From: Escherichia phage HX01 | Reading direction: 5' to 3' (one strand) | Sequence record: NC_018855.1 | Length of the DNA stretch: 64,000 bases | Part shown: positions 40,773 to 51,586 of the stretch, piece after piece | How the letters are laid out: each line of letters opens with the position of its first letter | How positions within the stretch are numbered: the stretch's first letter is position 1 | The notes under the pieces: model-generated | Databases searched by the model: none | What the model saw: the letters and a program-made list of their open reading frames with translations, nothing else | Told to the model about the DNA's origin: nothing | Position numbers and translations under genes: made by a program

Positions 40773-41605
40773 AACCTACTATTTTGACTGATATTGATGG
40801 TGTATGTTTAAGCTGGCAATCTGGACTTCCTTATTTTGCCCAAAAATATAATCTTCCATTAGAACATATTTTAAAAATGATTCAGGACGAAAAATTTATT
40901 TCTCCTGGTAAACTATTCAATACCGACGATGACCTCGGTAAACAATTAATAGAAAAATATAATCGCTCTGATTTTATTCGTTACTTAGCGCCTTATTCGG
41001 ATGCTCTTCGAGTTATCAATAAACTAAAAGAAGACTATAATTTTGTAGCCGTGACGGCGCTAGGTGATTCAATTGATGCTCGATTGAATAGACAATTTAA
41101 TTTGAATGCTTTGTTCCCAGGCGCTTTCTCTGAAGTAATGATGTGTGGTCATGATTCTTCAAAGGAACAATTATTCGAACTAGCTAAAACAAAATATAAC
41201 GTGATTTGTTACGTTGACGATTTAGCTCATCACTGTGACCATGCAGCAGAAATTCTTAATGTACCGATTTATTGGTTGGCTCGTGGTGAACGTGATGATA
41301 TTCCTCGCACTGCACAACGTGTACACACGTGGGATGATATTGAATCTCGTTTGGTTCTACCAGAGCATAATTCAGATTCAGATCGTGAAGACCTTTTAAA
41401 ACGATTGGCGGATTTGCTTAAAGAATCTGGTGCAACAAGTCCAGGTGCATGGCCTAATCAAATTGGCGCTCCGTCGAATCCGTACACCTGGCGAACTCCA
41501 GGACCAACCGATATGCTGCCTCATTGGCGATACACTAATGTAGGCGAACATCCTGTTCCTCCGTATTGGGCAGTTCCACAAGGTTACGGCACAACTAAGG
41601 GTTAA
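40769..41605 (+). CDS. HAD-superfamily phosphatase (putative nucleotidase) with Pro/Trp-rich C-terminal tail
   Basis: N-terminal HAD motif I ILTDIDGV; second Asp-rich segment CYVDDLAHH; 278 aa; stop overlaps next start. Confidence 0.6.
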   Translation: MKPTILTDIDGVCLSWQSGLPYFAQKYNLPLEHILKMIQDEKFISPGKLFNTDDDLGKQLIEKYNRSDFIRYLAPYSDALRVINKLKEDYNFVAVTALGDSIDARLNRQFNLNALFPGAFSEVMMCGHDSSKEQLFELAKTKYNVICYVDDLAHHCDHAAEILNVPIYWLARGERDDIPRTAQRVHTWDDIESRLVLPEHNSDSDREDLLKRLADLLKESGATSPGAWPNQIGAPSNPYTWRTPGPTDMLPHWRYTNVGEHPVPPYWAVPQGYGTTKG

Positions 41606-41607
41606 TT

Positions 41608-41877
41608 ATGTTTGTAGTTCATGATATTACAGATGGCAAAAACACCACACGTGACTACGGTCACGTTAACATGTTCTTTCGAGACTGGCCATTGTTTCGT
41701 TCAGTAAAAGACGCAGAAATATTTAAAGAGTGTGTTGAACAAGGGTTCATCTACATTTCAGAATACTATGTTGAAGGACTCGGTAAATGGATTACCACTT
41801 ATCAGAAAACGCTGAAATCGCTTCTAGATGAAGTGGCTTATAATAGAACCGTAACCAAAATCGAGGACATCAAATGA
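41608..41877 (+). CDS. hypothetical protein (89 aa)
   Basis: ORF between HAD phosphatase and ligase; overlaps ligase start. Confidence 0.5.
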   Translation: MFVVHDITDGKNTTRDYGHVNMFFRDWPLFRSVKDAEIFKECVEQGFIYISEYYVEGLGKWITTYQKTLKSLLDEVAYNRTVTKIEDIK

Positions 41878-43367
41878 TTTTAGATATTTTAAACCAAATA
41901 GCTGCGATCGGTTCTACTAAAACAAAACAAGAAATCCTTAAGAAAAATAAGGACAACAAATTACTTGAACGTGTGTATCGTTTAACATATGCACGTGGTA
42001 TCCAGTATTATATTAAGAAATGGCCAGGACCAGGTGAAAGGTCTCAAGCGTATGGTCTTCTTGAATTAGATGACATGTTGGATTTTATTGAGTTCACATT
42101 AGCCACTCGTAAACTCACTGGTAATGCTGCAATTAAAGAGCTCATGGGTTATATCGCTGACGGTAAACCTGATGATGTAGAAGTCCTTCGTCGTGTAATG
42201 ATGCGAGACCTTGAAGTAGGTGCTTCAGTGTCTATCGCGAATAAGGTGTGGCCTGGACTTATTCAATTGCAACCACAGATGTTAGCATCTGCATATGATG
42301 AGAAATTGATTACTAAAAATATTAAATGGCCCGCATTTGCCCAATTAAAAGCAGATGGTGCTCGTTGTTTCGCTGAAGTTCGCGATGATGGTGTTCAATT
42401 CTTTTCTCGTGCCGGTAATGAATACCATGGTCTTACTCTATTAGCTGATGAACTAATGGAAATGACTAAAGAAGCTCGTGAAAGACACCCTAATGGGGTT
42501 TTAATCGACGGTGAATTAGTTTATCATTCATTTGATATTAAAAAGGCTGTGAGCTCAGGAAATGACCTGTCGTTCTTATTTGGTGATAATGAAGAATCCG
42601 AAGAAGTACAAGTTGCAGACCGTAGCACTTCAAATGGTTTAGCAAATAAATCTCTTCAAGGGACTATTTCTCCTAAAGAAGCGGAAGGTATGGTTCTTCA
42701 AGCCTGGGACTATGTTCCTTTAGATGAAGTCTATTCTGATGGCAAAATTAAAGGTCAGAAATACGATGTTCGTTTTGCTGCTCTTGAAAATATGGCTGAA
42801 GGCTTTAAGCGAATTGAGCCAATTGAAAATCAGTTAGTTCGTAATCTTGACGAAGCTAAAGTGGTTTATAAAAAATATGTTGACCAAGGTCTTGAAGGTA
42901 TTATCCTTAAAAACCGTGATTCATACTGGGAAAACAAACGCTCTAAGAACCTAATTAAATTTAAAGAAGTTATTGATATCGCTTTAGAAGTTGTAGGATA
43001 CTATGAACACTCTAAAGACCCTAACAAATTAGGTGGTGTCGAACTCGTATCACGTTGTCGTCGTATTACAACCGATTGTGGTTCAGGGTTTAAAGATACA
43101 ACTCATAAAACAGTTGATGGTGTAAAGGTTCTTATTCCTTTAGATGAGCGTCATGATTTGGACCGTGAACGATTAATGACCGAAGCTCGTGAAGGTAAAT
43201 TGATTGGACGTATTGCTGATTGTGAATGCAATGGTTGGGTTCATTCTAAAGGACGTGAAGGCACTGTAGGTATTTTCCTTCCAATTATTAAAGGGTTCCG
43301 TTTTGATAAAACAGAAGCGGATTCGTTTGAAGACGTATTTGGACCGTGGTCCCAGACAGGTTTATAA
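41874..43367 (+). CDS. 30: ATP-dependent DNA ligase gp30
   Basis: 497 aa; adenylation motif AFAQLKADGARC (KxDG); start MILDILNQIAAIGSTKTKQEIL. Confidence 0.95.
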   Translation: MILDILNQIAAIGSTKTKQEILKKNKDNKLLERVYRLTYARGIQYYIKKWPGPGERSQAYGLLELDDMLDFIEFTLATRKLTGNAAIKELMGYIADGKPDDVEVLRRVMMRDLEVGASVSIANKVWPGLIQLQPQMLASAYDEKLITKNIKWPAFAQLKADGARCFAEVRDDGVQFFSRAGNEYHGLTLLADELMEMTKEARERHPNGVLIDGELVYHSFDIKKAVSSGNDLSFLFGDNEESEEVQVADRSTSNGLANKSLQGTISPKEAEGMVLQAWDYVPLDEVYSDGKIKGQKYDVRFAALENMAEGFKRIEPIENQLVRNLDEAKVVYKKYVDQGLEGIILKNRDSYWENKRSKNLIKFKEVIDIALEVVGYYEHSKDPNKLGGVELVSRCRRITTDCGSGFKDTTHKTVDGVKVLIPLDERHDLDRERLMTEAREGKLIGRIADCECNGWVHSKGREGTVGIFLPIIKGFRFDKTEADSFEDVFGPWSQTGL

Positions 43368-43555
43368 TGAAAGCTTATTTAGAAACAGTTATTGTAGCTA
43401 AGAAGGATGGTGGAGATGTTTCCACCTCTTGCTCTCAGATTATATTAGATTTTCCTAATGAAAATTCGTATCGGGTTTTCGTAGATAACGTTAATGGGTA
43501 CGAAAAAGGCCCTAATTTTGAAGTTTATCGTACTTTGCTCCCGATTGTGGATTAA
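43367..43555 (+). CDS. hypothetical protein (62 aa)
   Basis: ATG overlapping ligase stop (TAATG); followed by UUCG hairpin terminator. Confidence 0.4.
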   Translation: MKAYLETVIVAKKDGGDVSTSCSQIILDFPNENSYRVFVDNVNGYEKGPNFEVYRTLLPIVD

Positions 43556-43574
43556 GAGCCTTCGGGCTCTTTTT
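43555..43574 (+). terminator. rho-independent terminator after ligase operon
   Basis: AGAGCC-TTCG-GGCTCT followed by TTTTGG. Confidence 0.7.
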
Positions 43575-43610
43575 GGCATAAATATAAATTATTACTAAAA
43601 GGAAAACACT

Positions 43611-45698
43611 ATGTCTGAACAATTAAATGAAGTGTTTGAATCTGAAGGCAGTCTTCCTGTCGTCAATTTGAACCCTAAAGCTAAAGTTCCACAAGTCTGG
43701 AAAATTGGTGATATCGATACAAACATCGTAGTTCGCTTATTCTCTTACCTTTCTGAAGGCGATGCTGTAAAACAAGTTAAACTTGGCGACAAATACGCTC
43801 ATGTTGTTATTATGAGTCTGTCTGAAAAGGGTAATCTCGCTGAATTGAAAAATGGCCTTGGTCCTGCTCCTATTGATGCAATCAACACCATTTTCAATAC
43901 AGTATATGAACAGGTTAAAGCTCTTCGTATGGATGCAGTTCTGTTCCGATTCCCTACCAAGAAATTGAAAGGACGTGGACAACAACTTCAAACTCTTCTT
44001 GCTCGTTTAGTTTCTACTAAAACCGGTGGACGTTTTAAAGTATTGTCGGCAATGTATCAATTCACAGGTAAACACACCTATGTGATGATGGTTCGTAAAA
44101 ATGCCAACATTGACGATATTAAAGGCATCCCTAACATTAACACAGAGTTGTACACGAAAGTAGATTCTGATGTTGGTGAAGTTTATGTGAGTAAAAAGAC
44201 CGGCGAAACGGTCACCAAAGAAACGGCTATCGCTGGTTCTATTGCTGCTGTAGAAGAAAAACGTAAAGATAAGCCTGTTATTGCTCGTACTAAAATTTCT
44301 CGTCGTGCTATTGCAGCAAGTCAATCTTTAGAAGCTGACCGTCAAGAAGGTGAGTTATTCCAGAAATACGAAAATTCTGCTAAAGAAGTTAGTGGCCCAG
44401 CTACAGCCGAATTACTTCCTGAAGCATATGAAATCGTACTAGCCCAAGCATCGTCCACAGCAAAAGGCACTTTAGTTGCTGATATCGAAAATAAGATTTA
44501 TAATCGTATTGATGAATCCTTTAGATTTGCTGATGAAGTTTCTTATGGTAGTGTTATTAAGCCAACTTTAGAAAAGTTTGCTAAGAAAATTAAAACTGAA
44601 AAAACAACATCTGTTAAAGCATTAGCTGCTTTTGTTGAAGCTGCAAATGAAATTGCAGACTCTATTAAAGACGAATGGTTTGAAGATTTTAGACGTGATA
44701 ATTTCCAACTGGCTGACGACGTTTTAGCTGAAGTATCTGAAAAAACTTGGAAACAACGTAAATCAGCGTTCTTGTCTAATGTGATGTATACTTATGCACG
44801 AGAATCGGCTAGAGGCACCTTTAATATAACAATGAATCGGGACCCTAAACAATACTCTGTTGCTGAAAAACGAGCTATTCGTGAATATGCCTCTTCTGCG
44901 TATACCGATATCAATAATATGTTGTTAGGTCGTTATAAACCAGATTTTTACGATGTTGCAGATGAAGATGAAGTTAAACGCGCTATTGATGGTCTTGATT
45001 CGGCGTTCTTAAATGGAGACCGTTTACCTGAAGGACTAACGTTATATAGAGCTCAGTCTATCAGAATGCCTATTTACGAAGCAATGGTTAAAAATAAGGT
45101 ATTCTACTTCAGAAACTATGTTTCCACTTCACTAGCTCCTATTATTTTCGGTGGGTTTAAAGAGAACGTTGCCCTTGGACTTGCTCCTGAAGAAGTTCGC
45201 AAAGAGCTTAACATTGACAATAATGACGAAGGTGTTACTATTTCTCCTAGTCAAGTAAGAACAGCTATGCATGCACCAGACCAAATCCGTGTTAACGTTG
45301 GATGGGCTATTGATGGCGCCCATAAAGTTAACGTGATTTATCCTGGACAGTTGAGTAATCACCCTAATGAGCAAGAAATTATTTTGCCTAGAGGCATTCT
45401 CTTGCAGATAAATAAAATTACGGATGCGTCATCTGACACTGGTGCAGGTTTAGAATCCAACCTTAAATTTATTCAAGCTGAAGTTATGTCCTCAGACCAG
45501 TTGGACGAAGCTGTCATTTACGATGGTGATGTTCTCATGGAAACAGGTGAGGTGGTTGCTATGACTGGTGAAATCGAATCAGATGAACCGATATCGTTCT
45601 CTTCATTTGTAGAAAAAACTAGTGCTCCTAAAGGATTGAAATTGTTAGCATCTTTAATGGATTTAGAATCAGTTCCGTTTAAATTTGTCCAAGGATAG
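43611..45698 (+). CDS. alt: ADP-ribosyltransferase Alt (head-packaged)
   Basis: 695 aa (T4 Alt 682 aa) located between ligase and the gene 54 baseplate block as in T4. Confidence 0.8.
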   Translation: MSEQLNEVFESEGSLPVVNLNPKAKVPQVWKIGDIDTNIVVRLFSYLSEGDAVKQVKLGDKYAHVVIMSLSEKGNLAELKNGLGPAPIDAINTIFNTVYEQVKALRMDAVLFRFPTKKLKGRGQQLQTLLARLVSTKTGGRFKVLSAMYQFTGKHTYVMMVRKNANIDDIKGIPNINTELYTKVDSDVGEVYVSKKTGETVTKETAIAGSIAAVEEKRKDKPVIARTKISRRAIAASQSLEADRQEGELFQKYENSAKEVSGPATAELLPEAYEIVLAQASSTAKGTLVADIENKIYNRIDESFRFADEVSYGSVIKPTLEKFAKKIKTEKTTSVKALAAFVEAANEIADSIKDEWFEDFRRDNFQLADDVLAEVSEKTWKQRKSAFLSNVMYTYARESARGTFNITMNRDPKQYSVAEKRAIREYASSAYTDINNMLLGRYKPDFYDVADEDEVKRAIDGLDSAFLNGDRLPEGLTLYRAQSIRMPIYEAMVKNKVFYFRNYVSTSLAPIIFGGFKENVALGLAPEEVRKELNIDNNDEGVTISPSQVRTAMHAPDQIRVNVGWAIDGAHKVNVIYPGQLSNHPNEQEIILPRGILLQINKITDASSDTGAGLESNLKFIQAEVMSSDQLDEAVIYDGDVLMETGEVVAMTGEIESDEPISFSSFVEKTSAPKGLKLLASLMDLESVPFKFVQG

Positions 45699-45735
45699 TT
45701 TACAAACACATGGATGTGTGATACTATCATCCCAT
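45698..45735 (+). promoter_or_regulatory. early promoter with stem-loop (GGATG...CATCC)
   Basis: GTTTAC at 45698; GGATGTGTGATACTATCATCC. Confidence 0.55.
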
Positions 45736-45756
45736 CAACAACATGAGGAAAACGTT

Positions 45757-46050
45757 ATGAAATCTATGCTTCGCTTTAATGGTCAAGAACTAGTAGTTGA
45801 AGATGTTATCCCAGCGGATGATGCTTTTAACGAAGCTGTGATTGACGAATTGAATCGAGTATTCCCAGGTGCATTCCATATTGCTATGGAACCTCTTAAA
45901 AACTTTCGTGACCCTGAGCACACTGATCAAATTTTTGTCGGTGTAGTGACAGGTCATTTAGAAACAGAGGTACCAATGGTCGTATTAGTTAAATACTCTA
46001 AAGATGATACTCCATTCCGAGCACCAGCATTCCTTTCATTCCGTAAATAA
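45757..46050 (+). CDS. hypothetical protein (98 aa)
   Basis: ATG at 45757 after early promoter and GAGGAAAA RBS; track ORF start at 45685 lies inside the promoter. Confidence 0.5.
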   Translation: MKSMLRFNGQELVVEDVIPADDAFNEAVIDELNRVFPGAFHIAMEPLKNFRDPEHTDQIFVGVVTGHLETEVPMVVLVKYSKDDTPFRAPAFLSFRK

Positions 46051-46056
46051 ACCCCT

Positions 46057-46080
46057 AAAGGGAGACGTTGTCTCCCTTTT
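46057..46080. terminator. bidirectional terminator between + ORF 45757..46050 and gene 54 (-)
   Basis: AAA GGGAGAC gtt GTCTCCC TTTTT: hairpin flanked by A tract and T tract. Confidence 0.7.
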
Positions 46081-46083
46081 TCT

Positions 46084-47046
46084 TTATAGTCCTAAAACTC
46101 TTGACGCAGAATTCACCACACCTGTCAATGTGTTTATATTAGACACACCTCCAGCAGTCCCACCTAATCTAGAAAGTCTTGATACTGCACTTCCTAGACC
46201 AGAATCATTCTGATTATTTCCAAACATTCCTGAAACACTACTAATAAGTCCTGATTCCAGCCATTCTAAAGCAGCCTGTCTATTTACAGCACCTGATTGC
46301 ATAACGCGATAAGCAAATGTTACATCAAAAACTGTTATCTGATTATCACCGTCATACGTTAACTCAGGAGAAGAGACACTAACAGGAATACATCCAGTGA
46401 ACATGACAGCGGTATGTGGTAAACCATTTCGTGCATGTAAATTAACCTGAATATCTGCTTCGACGTCTTGTGGTAAAGCGCGAAGACCTGTTACAGGGTC
46501 TTGGACTGAGTTTACCCAGTCTTGCATTGCTCTAAAGTTAGATGCTTCAGAATCCATTCTAAAGCTTATTACTAACGGGTCCATTTCACGGCCGGTAATT
46601 CGGATGTTCGGTGAGTTATAGTTGAAATCTGTTTCATAAGATAATCGGTTCTCAGGCATTTTTACAGAATAAATCATTAAACCTGTATTATTATATGCCA
46701 TATTGAAGAAGTCTATCAGATAAGCTCCTACTGTGAACTCGCCTAACAAGCTTTGTACCGTACGTTGACTCATTGCTCCAATCAGATATTTACTTACACC
46801 TGATTTTCGAATTAATTTCTGTGTCCCTGCTGTAATCAGGGTTGTTACGCCCTGATTGATATCACCTTGAGTCAATCCTAGCCAATCGGAATCCAACCCT
46901 AAGTTATTATAAGCAAAACTACCAATTGACGAAATTAGTGAAGACGATTTGGTTGATGGTGTAGTAGCAAATACACAACTAAACATATTGTTTCGTTGGA
47001 AATCTGCATTTATAGCTTGGTTATTAAATTCTTCTAAAGAGTACAT
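46084..47046 (-). CDS. 54: baseplate tail-tube initiator gp54
   Basis: 320 aa, same as T4 gp54; synteny 54-48-29. Confidence 0.9.
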   Translation of the reverse strand: MYSLEEFNNQAINADFQRNNMFSCVFATTPSTKSSSLISSIGSFAYNNLGLDSDWLGLTQGDINQGVTTLITAGTQKLIRKSGVSKYLIGAMSQRTVQSLLGEFTVGAYLIDFFNMAYNNTGLMIYSVKMPENRLSYETDFNYNSPNIRITGREMDPLVISFRMDSEASNFRAMQDWVNSVQDPVTGLRALPQDVEADIQVNLHARNGLPHTAVMFTGCIPVSVSSPELTYDGDNQITVFDVTFAYRVMQSGAVNRQAALEWLESGLISSVSGMFGNNQNDSGLGSAVSRLSRLGGTAGGVSNINTLTGVVNSASRVLGL

Positions 47047-48155
47047 TAGAAAGTCCCCGCATAAAGTGAAGAACGGTTTAATGTAATAATTTCTCGCATT
47101 GTTATCTCTAACGTAAATGTTGATGGTAAGTTAGGAGCAATAGCGAGACCATTAAATTGACCATTTGGAGTTTTATCAAAACGTACGCTTTGAATTTGGC
47201 ATGGGCCAAATACGTCAGTTAATCCATCAAATTTAGACGTATAACCAAAGTTTTTAACCATCCAAATTGTAGGGTTGCTTACAACTAATACGTTTGTTAA
47301 TGACGCAGTAATCTTTTCAAACAATGTCTTATTTTTTACTGCATCATCCGGCGTCATAGGCTCAATAAACGTTGAACGGTACCATTCGTCTAAATAACTT
47401 TTAATCTCTTGGGCGTACTGTGATTTACCGGTCTCACCATATGAGAAATAGTTAAAATACTGGTAAATGTTTATAATAGCCATAAGGTCTTCAGTTGAAC
47501 GTGGAGTTAAATCCCATGTAAAGACTTTAGTACGGTTCTCAGCACCGCCATACATACTACGAGAAGTCGTATAAATCTGTTCATTATTATCAGCCATAAG
47601 CCCTTGAGTAATAGAATCTAATGCACCAAAAACTGCAGTAGAAGCAATGTTACTTAAAACACCCGTAGCAGTACCTCCACCTTTAGTAATAAGGCTATCA
47701 CCGATATCATTAAAACGATGTGAAGTTGTATCAACGTCAGATTTGGAACGTGGCAAAAGTATATTAGCAACAGGAGTTTTATTTATAGTAGGTTTATTAG
47801 CTCCGGCAGGAAGCAACCCATTAGAGAATTTAGTCACTGCATCTTTCACATTATCAGTTAAATCTGATATGATACCATTAGATGAAGTGCCGGCGTATGC
47901 CGGACGTAAATTCCTGAGGGATCCTGAATCGCGTGCAGACATATTGTACGCGGTAAATAATAATCCATTCTTATAAAGGTCTGTTACCTGGAAGTCTCCT
48001 GCGGAGTCATTTCCGGCTGCTCTTCCTGTAGGAAATTGAGCAACGTAAGTTTTAGTAGTTGTTTCGGTTTTAGTGCTTTGCCCAGCACTTTCTGAGACTG
48101 GGATTGCTTTATTTAAATCCTTTGCATCTACTACTATTTCTTTTACACTAATCAT
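47046..48155 (-). CDS. 48: baseplate tail-tube cap gp48
   Basis: 369 aa (T4 gp48 364 aa); synteny. Confidence 0.9.
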   Translation of the reverse strand: MISVKEIVVDAKDLNKAIPVSESAGQSTKTETTTKTYVAQFPTGRAAGNDSAGDFQVTDLYKNGLLFTAYNMSARDSGSLRNLRPAYAGTSSNGIISDLTDNVKDAVTKFSNGLLPAGANKPTINKTPVANILLPRSKSDVDTTSHRFNDIGDSLITKGGGTATGVLSNIASTAVFGALDSITQGLMADNNEQIYTTSRSMYGGAENRTKVFTWDLTPRSTEDLMAIINIYQYFNYFSYGETGKSQYAQEIKSYLDEWYRSTFIEPMTPDDAVKNKTLFEKITASLTNVLVVSNPTIWMVKNFGYTSKFDGLTDVFGPCQIQSVRFDKTPNGQFNGLAIAPNLPSTFTLEITMREIITLNRSSLYAGTF

Positions 48156-48163
48156 AATAATCC

Positions 48164-49936
48164 TTAATTAACACCGGTGGCATGGAAAATTCCAGGAGCC
48201 GTTGTACTTGTTACAGGGGTCATATTCTGGACTACGGTATTCTTTTTGACGACATTATTTGTGTTACTAATCGCCGCTACCGGTTGCTGTTGTTTAGATT
48301 CAGAAGCACGTCCTTTCTCTATTGACTGAACTTGTTTTGCTTCCGGAGATTTAGTCGAAGATTCAGGCTTAACTGTTGTCTGAGCCTTTTTGGCTTCAGC
48401 CATTTTATTATTTAGCTTTTCAAATCTAGCATCTAATTCCTTTTTAACAACAGGAGTTTTATTAAGTTCAGGGTCTTTAATAAGTTTACTTAAATCGGCA
48501 TAAGACTTCTCGACGTTTTTAGCATTTTCCGGATTAGTCATATCGATTTTATCGATATAATCCTCAAATCTAACTAGTGCCGCACGAGTTTCATTAGCTT
48601 TTATATACGCCTCTTTACGCTCCTCTTCAGGTAACTCTTTTAATTTTGCCGATTCCGCAGCACGCTCATCGCTTGTACTAAACTCTTCTTTATTGTCATT
48701 ACCACGAACCCAGTTGGTAACGAATGTTTTGCCGCGTTGTAACATATCAAGACCTTTAGAAACGGTTCCTAATTCCCCATCATCACGCTTCATTTGATAT
48801 TTAGCGACTTTCTCTTGGTCTTCTTTCTTTAATTTGTTCCCAGTAGTTTCTTGGAATCCTTCCAAAGCACGTCCTTCTATTTCATCCGCGGTATCACCAA
48901 AACCTATAGCACGCAATATAGACGCGGAGAGTTTAGCCATTCCTAATTGAATTAGTTCACCTAAGTTCATTAATGCTGTTCCTACACCTTTGACAATAGC
49001 AACGGTTAAACCACCCCAGTCTCCAGCTTCCCACAATTGTTTTATAGAGTCAATGGAAGTGAATATATCACTTAAGAATTTACCCCACTCTTTAGCTTCA
49101 TCGGAGAATTTAGTAAAGTTTTCATCAAATAAATCCCAGGCAGAAGTGAACTTGTCTGTCCAATATTTGAAATGGACTATCAATAAATCAATACCGATAA
49201 CAATACCAAGAATAAGTGCGGCCATTTTTGCTGCTTCAATAGCAGCCGTTATAGTGTATTTGAAAAGCATTCCAGCAATTCTGTCCGAAATTGATATTGA
49301 TTTATTAAACCCGGCTTGAACTGTTTTGGTGAGCATTGCAATTTTATCGCTCAATTTAAAGCTAATTCCGCCTTTAGAATCAGAAGTAGAATTAGCACTT
49401 TCTTGAACCGGGGCTGGGAAGAAATCTTCGTCTGGCTTATTATCAATCTTTTCAGGTGTAGGTAATGCTTTAAACAGCTCATCATAAGTTTCATTCTCAA
49501 CCACTTTAACAGGTATTGCGTTCTCAATTACTTCAAGAGAGGTGCCTCCTGTATTTTGAATAGCGGTAGATGTTTGTAATTTTTGCTCTAATAATGTAGC
49601 TAATCGGTCTAACTTGGAGCTTATTGCACTAGAAACTTCGTTTATACTTTTAGTGACTTCAGTTTGTTTTTCAATAACTTCTGCGATAAGCTCTGTGCCT
49701 TCAGCAGTATTATCTGTCGAATTCTTTAAGTCTCCAATTGATTCAATAATTCCATTGCCTTTATCTTCTACACTTTGTGATGTGAGTTCAGACGCGGCTT
49801 GGACATCGTCTAGTTTTGATGAAATATCATTCAATGCTTCTAATGAATCAGTAGCTGCTGTTGCAGCTACTTTTTGTGGTTTATTATCGGCAATGACCTT
49901 ATTTCTACGCATGGATTTCATTTCTTCAGGTTTCAT
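48164..49936 (-). CDS. 29: tail tape-measure / baseplate hub protein gp29
   Basis: 590 aa, same as T4 gp29; coiled-coil-rich; synteny. Confidence 0.9.
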   Translation of the reverse strand: MKPEEMKSMRRNKVIADNKPQKVAATAATDSLEALNDISSKLDDVQAASELTSQSVEDKGNGIIESIGDLKNSTDNTAEGTELIAEVIEKQTEVTKSINEVSSAISSKLDRLATLLEQKLQTSTAIQNTGGTSLEVIENAIPVKVVENETYDELFKALPTPEKIDNKPDEDFFPAPVQESANSTSDSKGGISFKLSDKIAMLTKTVQAGFNKSISISDRIAGMLFKYTITAAIEAAKMAALILGIVIGIDLLIVHFKYWTDKFTSAWDLFDENFTKFSDEAKEWGKFLSDIFTSIDSIKQLWEAGDWGGLTVAIVKGVGTALMNLGELIQLGMAKLSASILRAIGFGDTADEIEGRALEGFQETTGNKLKKEDQEKVAKYQMKRDDGELGTVSKGLDMLQRGKTFVTNWVRGNDNKEEFSTSDERAAESAKLKELPEEERKEAYIKANETRAALVRFEDYIDKIDMTNPENAKNVEKSYADLSKLIKDPELNKTPVVKKELDARFEKLNNKMAEAKKAQTTVKPESSTKSPEAKQVQSIEKGRASESKQQQPVAAISNTNNVVKKNTVVQNMTPVTSTTAPGIFHATGVN

Positions 49937-50466
49937 TCAAGCAATCCAATAATTTCTGCTATACCCTTAATAGGACCATTAGGGCCTGGAATAGCAATAG
50001 TTGTCGAAAGGTCTTCTGCCCATTTGATTACAAAAGCAGGCATCTCAAGGAAAGAAATTTCTTTCTCTTCGTCATTAACTTTTATTAAGCAATTTGATAG
50101 CATTTCACTGATTGTAGCGAATTGTTCAAATTTGCCTGGGGGTCTAAAATAAAAAGTATTACCTTGAAATTGGAATTCTGTTCGTTGGCATACATAGACG
50201 TCATCTAGTTTATAAGTGAATCCATCTTTTTCAACTTCAGACTTAAGTTTGTTATTAAATTCCAATATGTGTAGACATGCAAAATCAAAATCCGCTGGAC
50301 TCATATTTTTACAAATAGAATCAGCTAAGATTTTCATGTTTTCGTCAGGGCCTTTAACGTCCTTTAAAAGATTATAATGTTTGAGCCCTAATTTGGGAAT
50401 CATTACCTTTTTATTAGACTGTGGTAGAATTATTTTCTTTAGAGGTAGAATCAGATTTAAGTTCAT
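49933..50466 (-). CDS. 28: baseplate hub distal subunit gp28
   Basis: 177 aa, same as T4 gp28; overlaps gp27 end by 53 nt (an internal start at 50403 would remove the overlap). Confidence 0.8.
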   Translation of the reverse strand: MNLNLILPLKKIILPQSNKKVMIPKLGLKHYNLLKDVKGPDENMKILADSICKNMSPADFDFACLHILEFNNKLKSEVEKDGFTYKLDDVYVCQRTEFQFQGNTFYFRPPGKFEQFATISEMLSNCLIKVNDEEKEISFLEMPAFVIKWAEDLSTTIAIPGPNGPIKGIAEIIGLLE

Positions 50467-51586
50467 TTTTAACCTTAACTGGGTTAACAGGTTCTAACAC
50501 CATTGAGTTGGTAAACATGTACAGATGAGTTTGTGAGTTGTTATTTGATAACTCATGAATAACTTCATCCACGTAAAATTCGGATTTGAATTGGTTCTTT
50601 TGGTCAACAAATATAATTTTAGTAGCAGGCGTTATGTTAAAATTACCTGTAGTAGTGCATTTAGCATATCCGTCATATTGAGCCATTGTCTGAAGACGAC
50701 TTGCTTCTTCAAATCCATTACGATAGGTCATTTCGGAATATCCACCTGATCTTGACACAAGAATAGCATTATCACCATCACCTGTAACAATAACCGGAAT
50801 AGATGTATCTAAAAATGAATGAGCGAATATCGTGGCGTTTTTAATAGGGTCTCTTGTAAATTGGTTAGCTTTAGTCATCCAGGTGAAATCCCATACTAAT
50901 GGATACTCAAGCTCTTGAATATACTGACCTACAGTATTTGGCTCGCCTACAATCATCTTAATGCCTTCCTGACCAATAAGAGTATCATAGTCAATCATGT
51001 TTACGCCTAAAATATCTTGCCATACGAATACGAACTTATCACTCGCTGTAGCAAGTCCTAATTCTCTGACATATGCCAAATAATCATCAAACGTGCTTGT
51101 CCAAGGAATATCAGGAACATAAGCATTAATAGTGTTTATTGGCGGAGTAATTAACGTACGGTCTTTATATATGACACCTAACATTTCACGTATAGATTCT
51201 CCTGCGTCTGAGAAGAATGGTCGCCCAAATTTAAGATTCTCTATAGAATGTATTGTTCCAAGCTCAATTGCAATAATATTGTCACCTTTTGAGTCTACAG
51301 ACACAGAATAATGTCTACATCCGTAAATTCGAGTTCTAACTTGGAGAGGTGTGTTTGAATTTGAAACAGAGATTTGGACTATCTGTCTACCATCCATTTT
51401 AGTGTGGATGTTTTTAGTGTCATAAAATTGAAGAATCCCTTCATTTCTTCCATATAGTGAATCTCGCATGGTTAAAGTTGTTATTGTTGCGGCGAGTTCA
51501 ACGTATCTATTTTCTTGCCAAGCCGAATAATCTTGATATAATTTAACGCTTAAGTTAGGATATCCTGGACGTTGGAATACTGTCAT
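50414..51586 (-). CDS. 27: baseplate hub subunit gp27
   Basis: 390 aa (T4 gp27 391 aa); synteny. Confidence 0.9.
   Translation of the reverse strand: MTVFQRPGYPNLSVKLYQDYSAWQENRYVELAATITTLTMRDSLYGRNEGILQFYDTKNIHTKMDGRQIVQISVSNSNTPLQVRTRIYGCRHYSVSVDSKGDNIIAIELGTIHSIENLKFGRPFFSDAGESIREMLGVIYKDRTLITPPINTINAYVPDIPWTSTFDDYLAYVRELGLATASDKFVFVWQDILGVNMIDYDTLIGQEGIKMIVGEPNTVGQYIQELEYPLVWDFTWMTKANQFTRDPIKNATIFAHSFLDTSIPVIVTGDGDNAILVSRSGGYSEMTYRNGFEEASRLQTMAQYDGYAKCTTTGNFNITPATKIIFVDQKNQFKSEFYVDEVIHELSNNNSQTHLYMFTNSMVLEPVNPVKVKNELKSDSTSKENNSTTV

Noticed and set aside
43575-43610. Near-consensus TATAAATT upstream of alt as a late promoter
   Set aside because: One mismatch from TATAAATA in the invariant region; not called without transcript evidence
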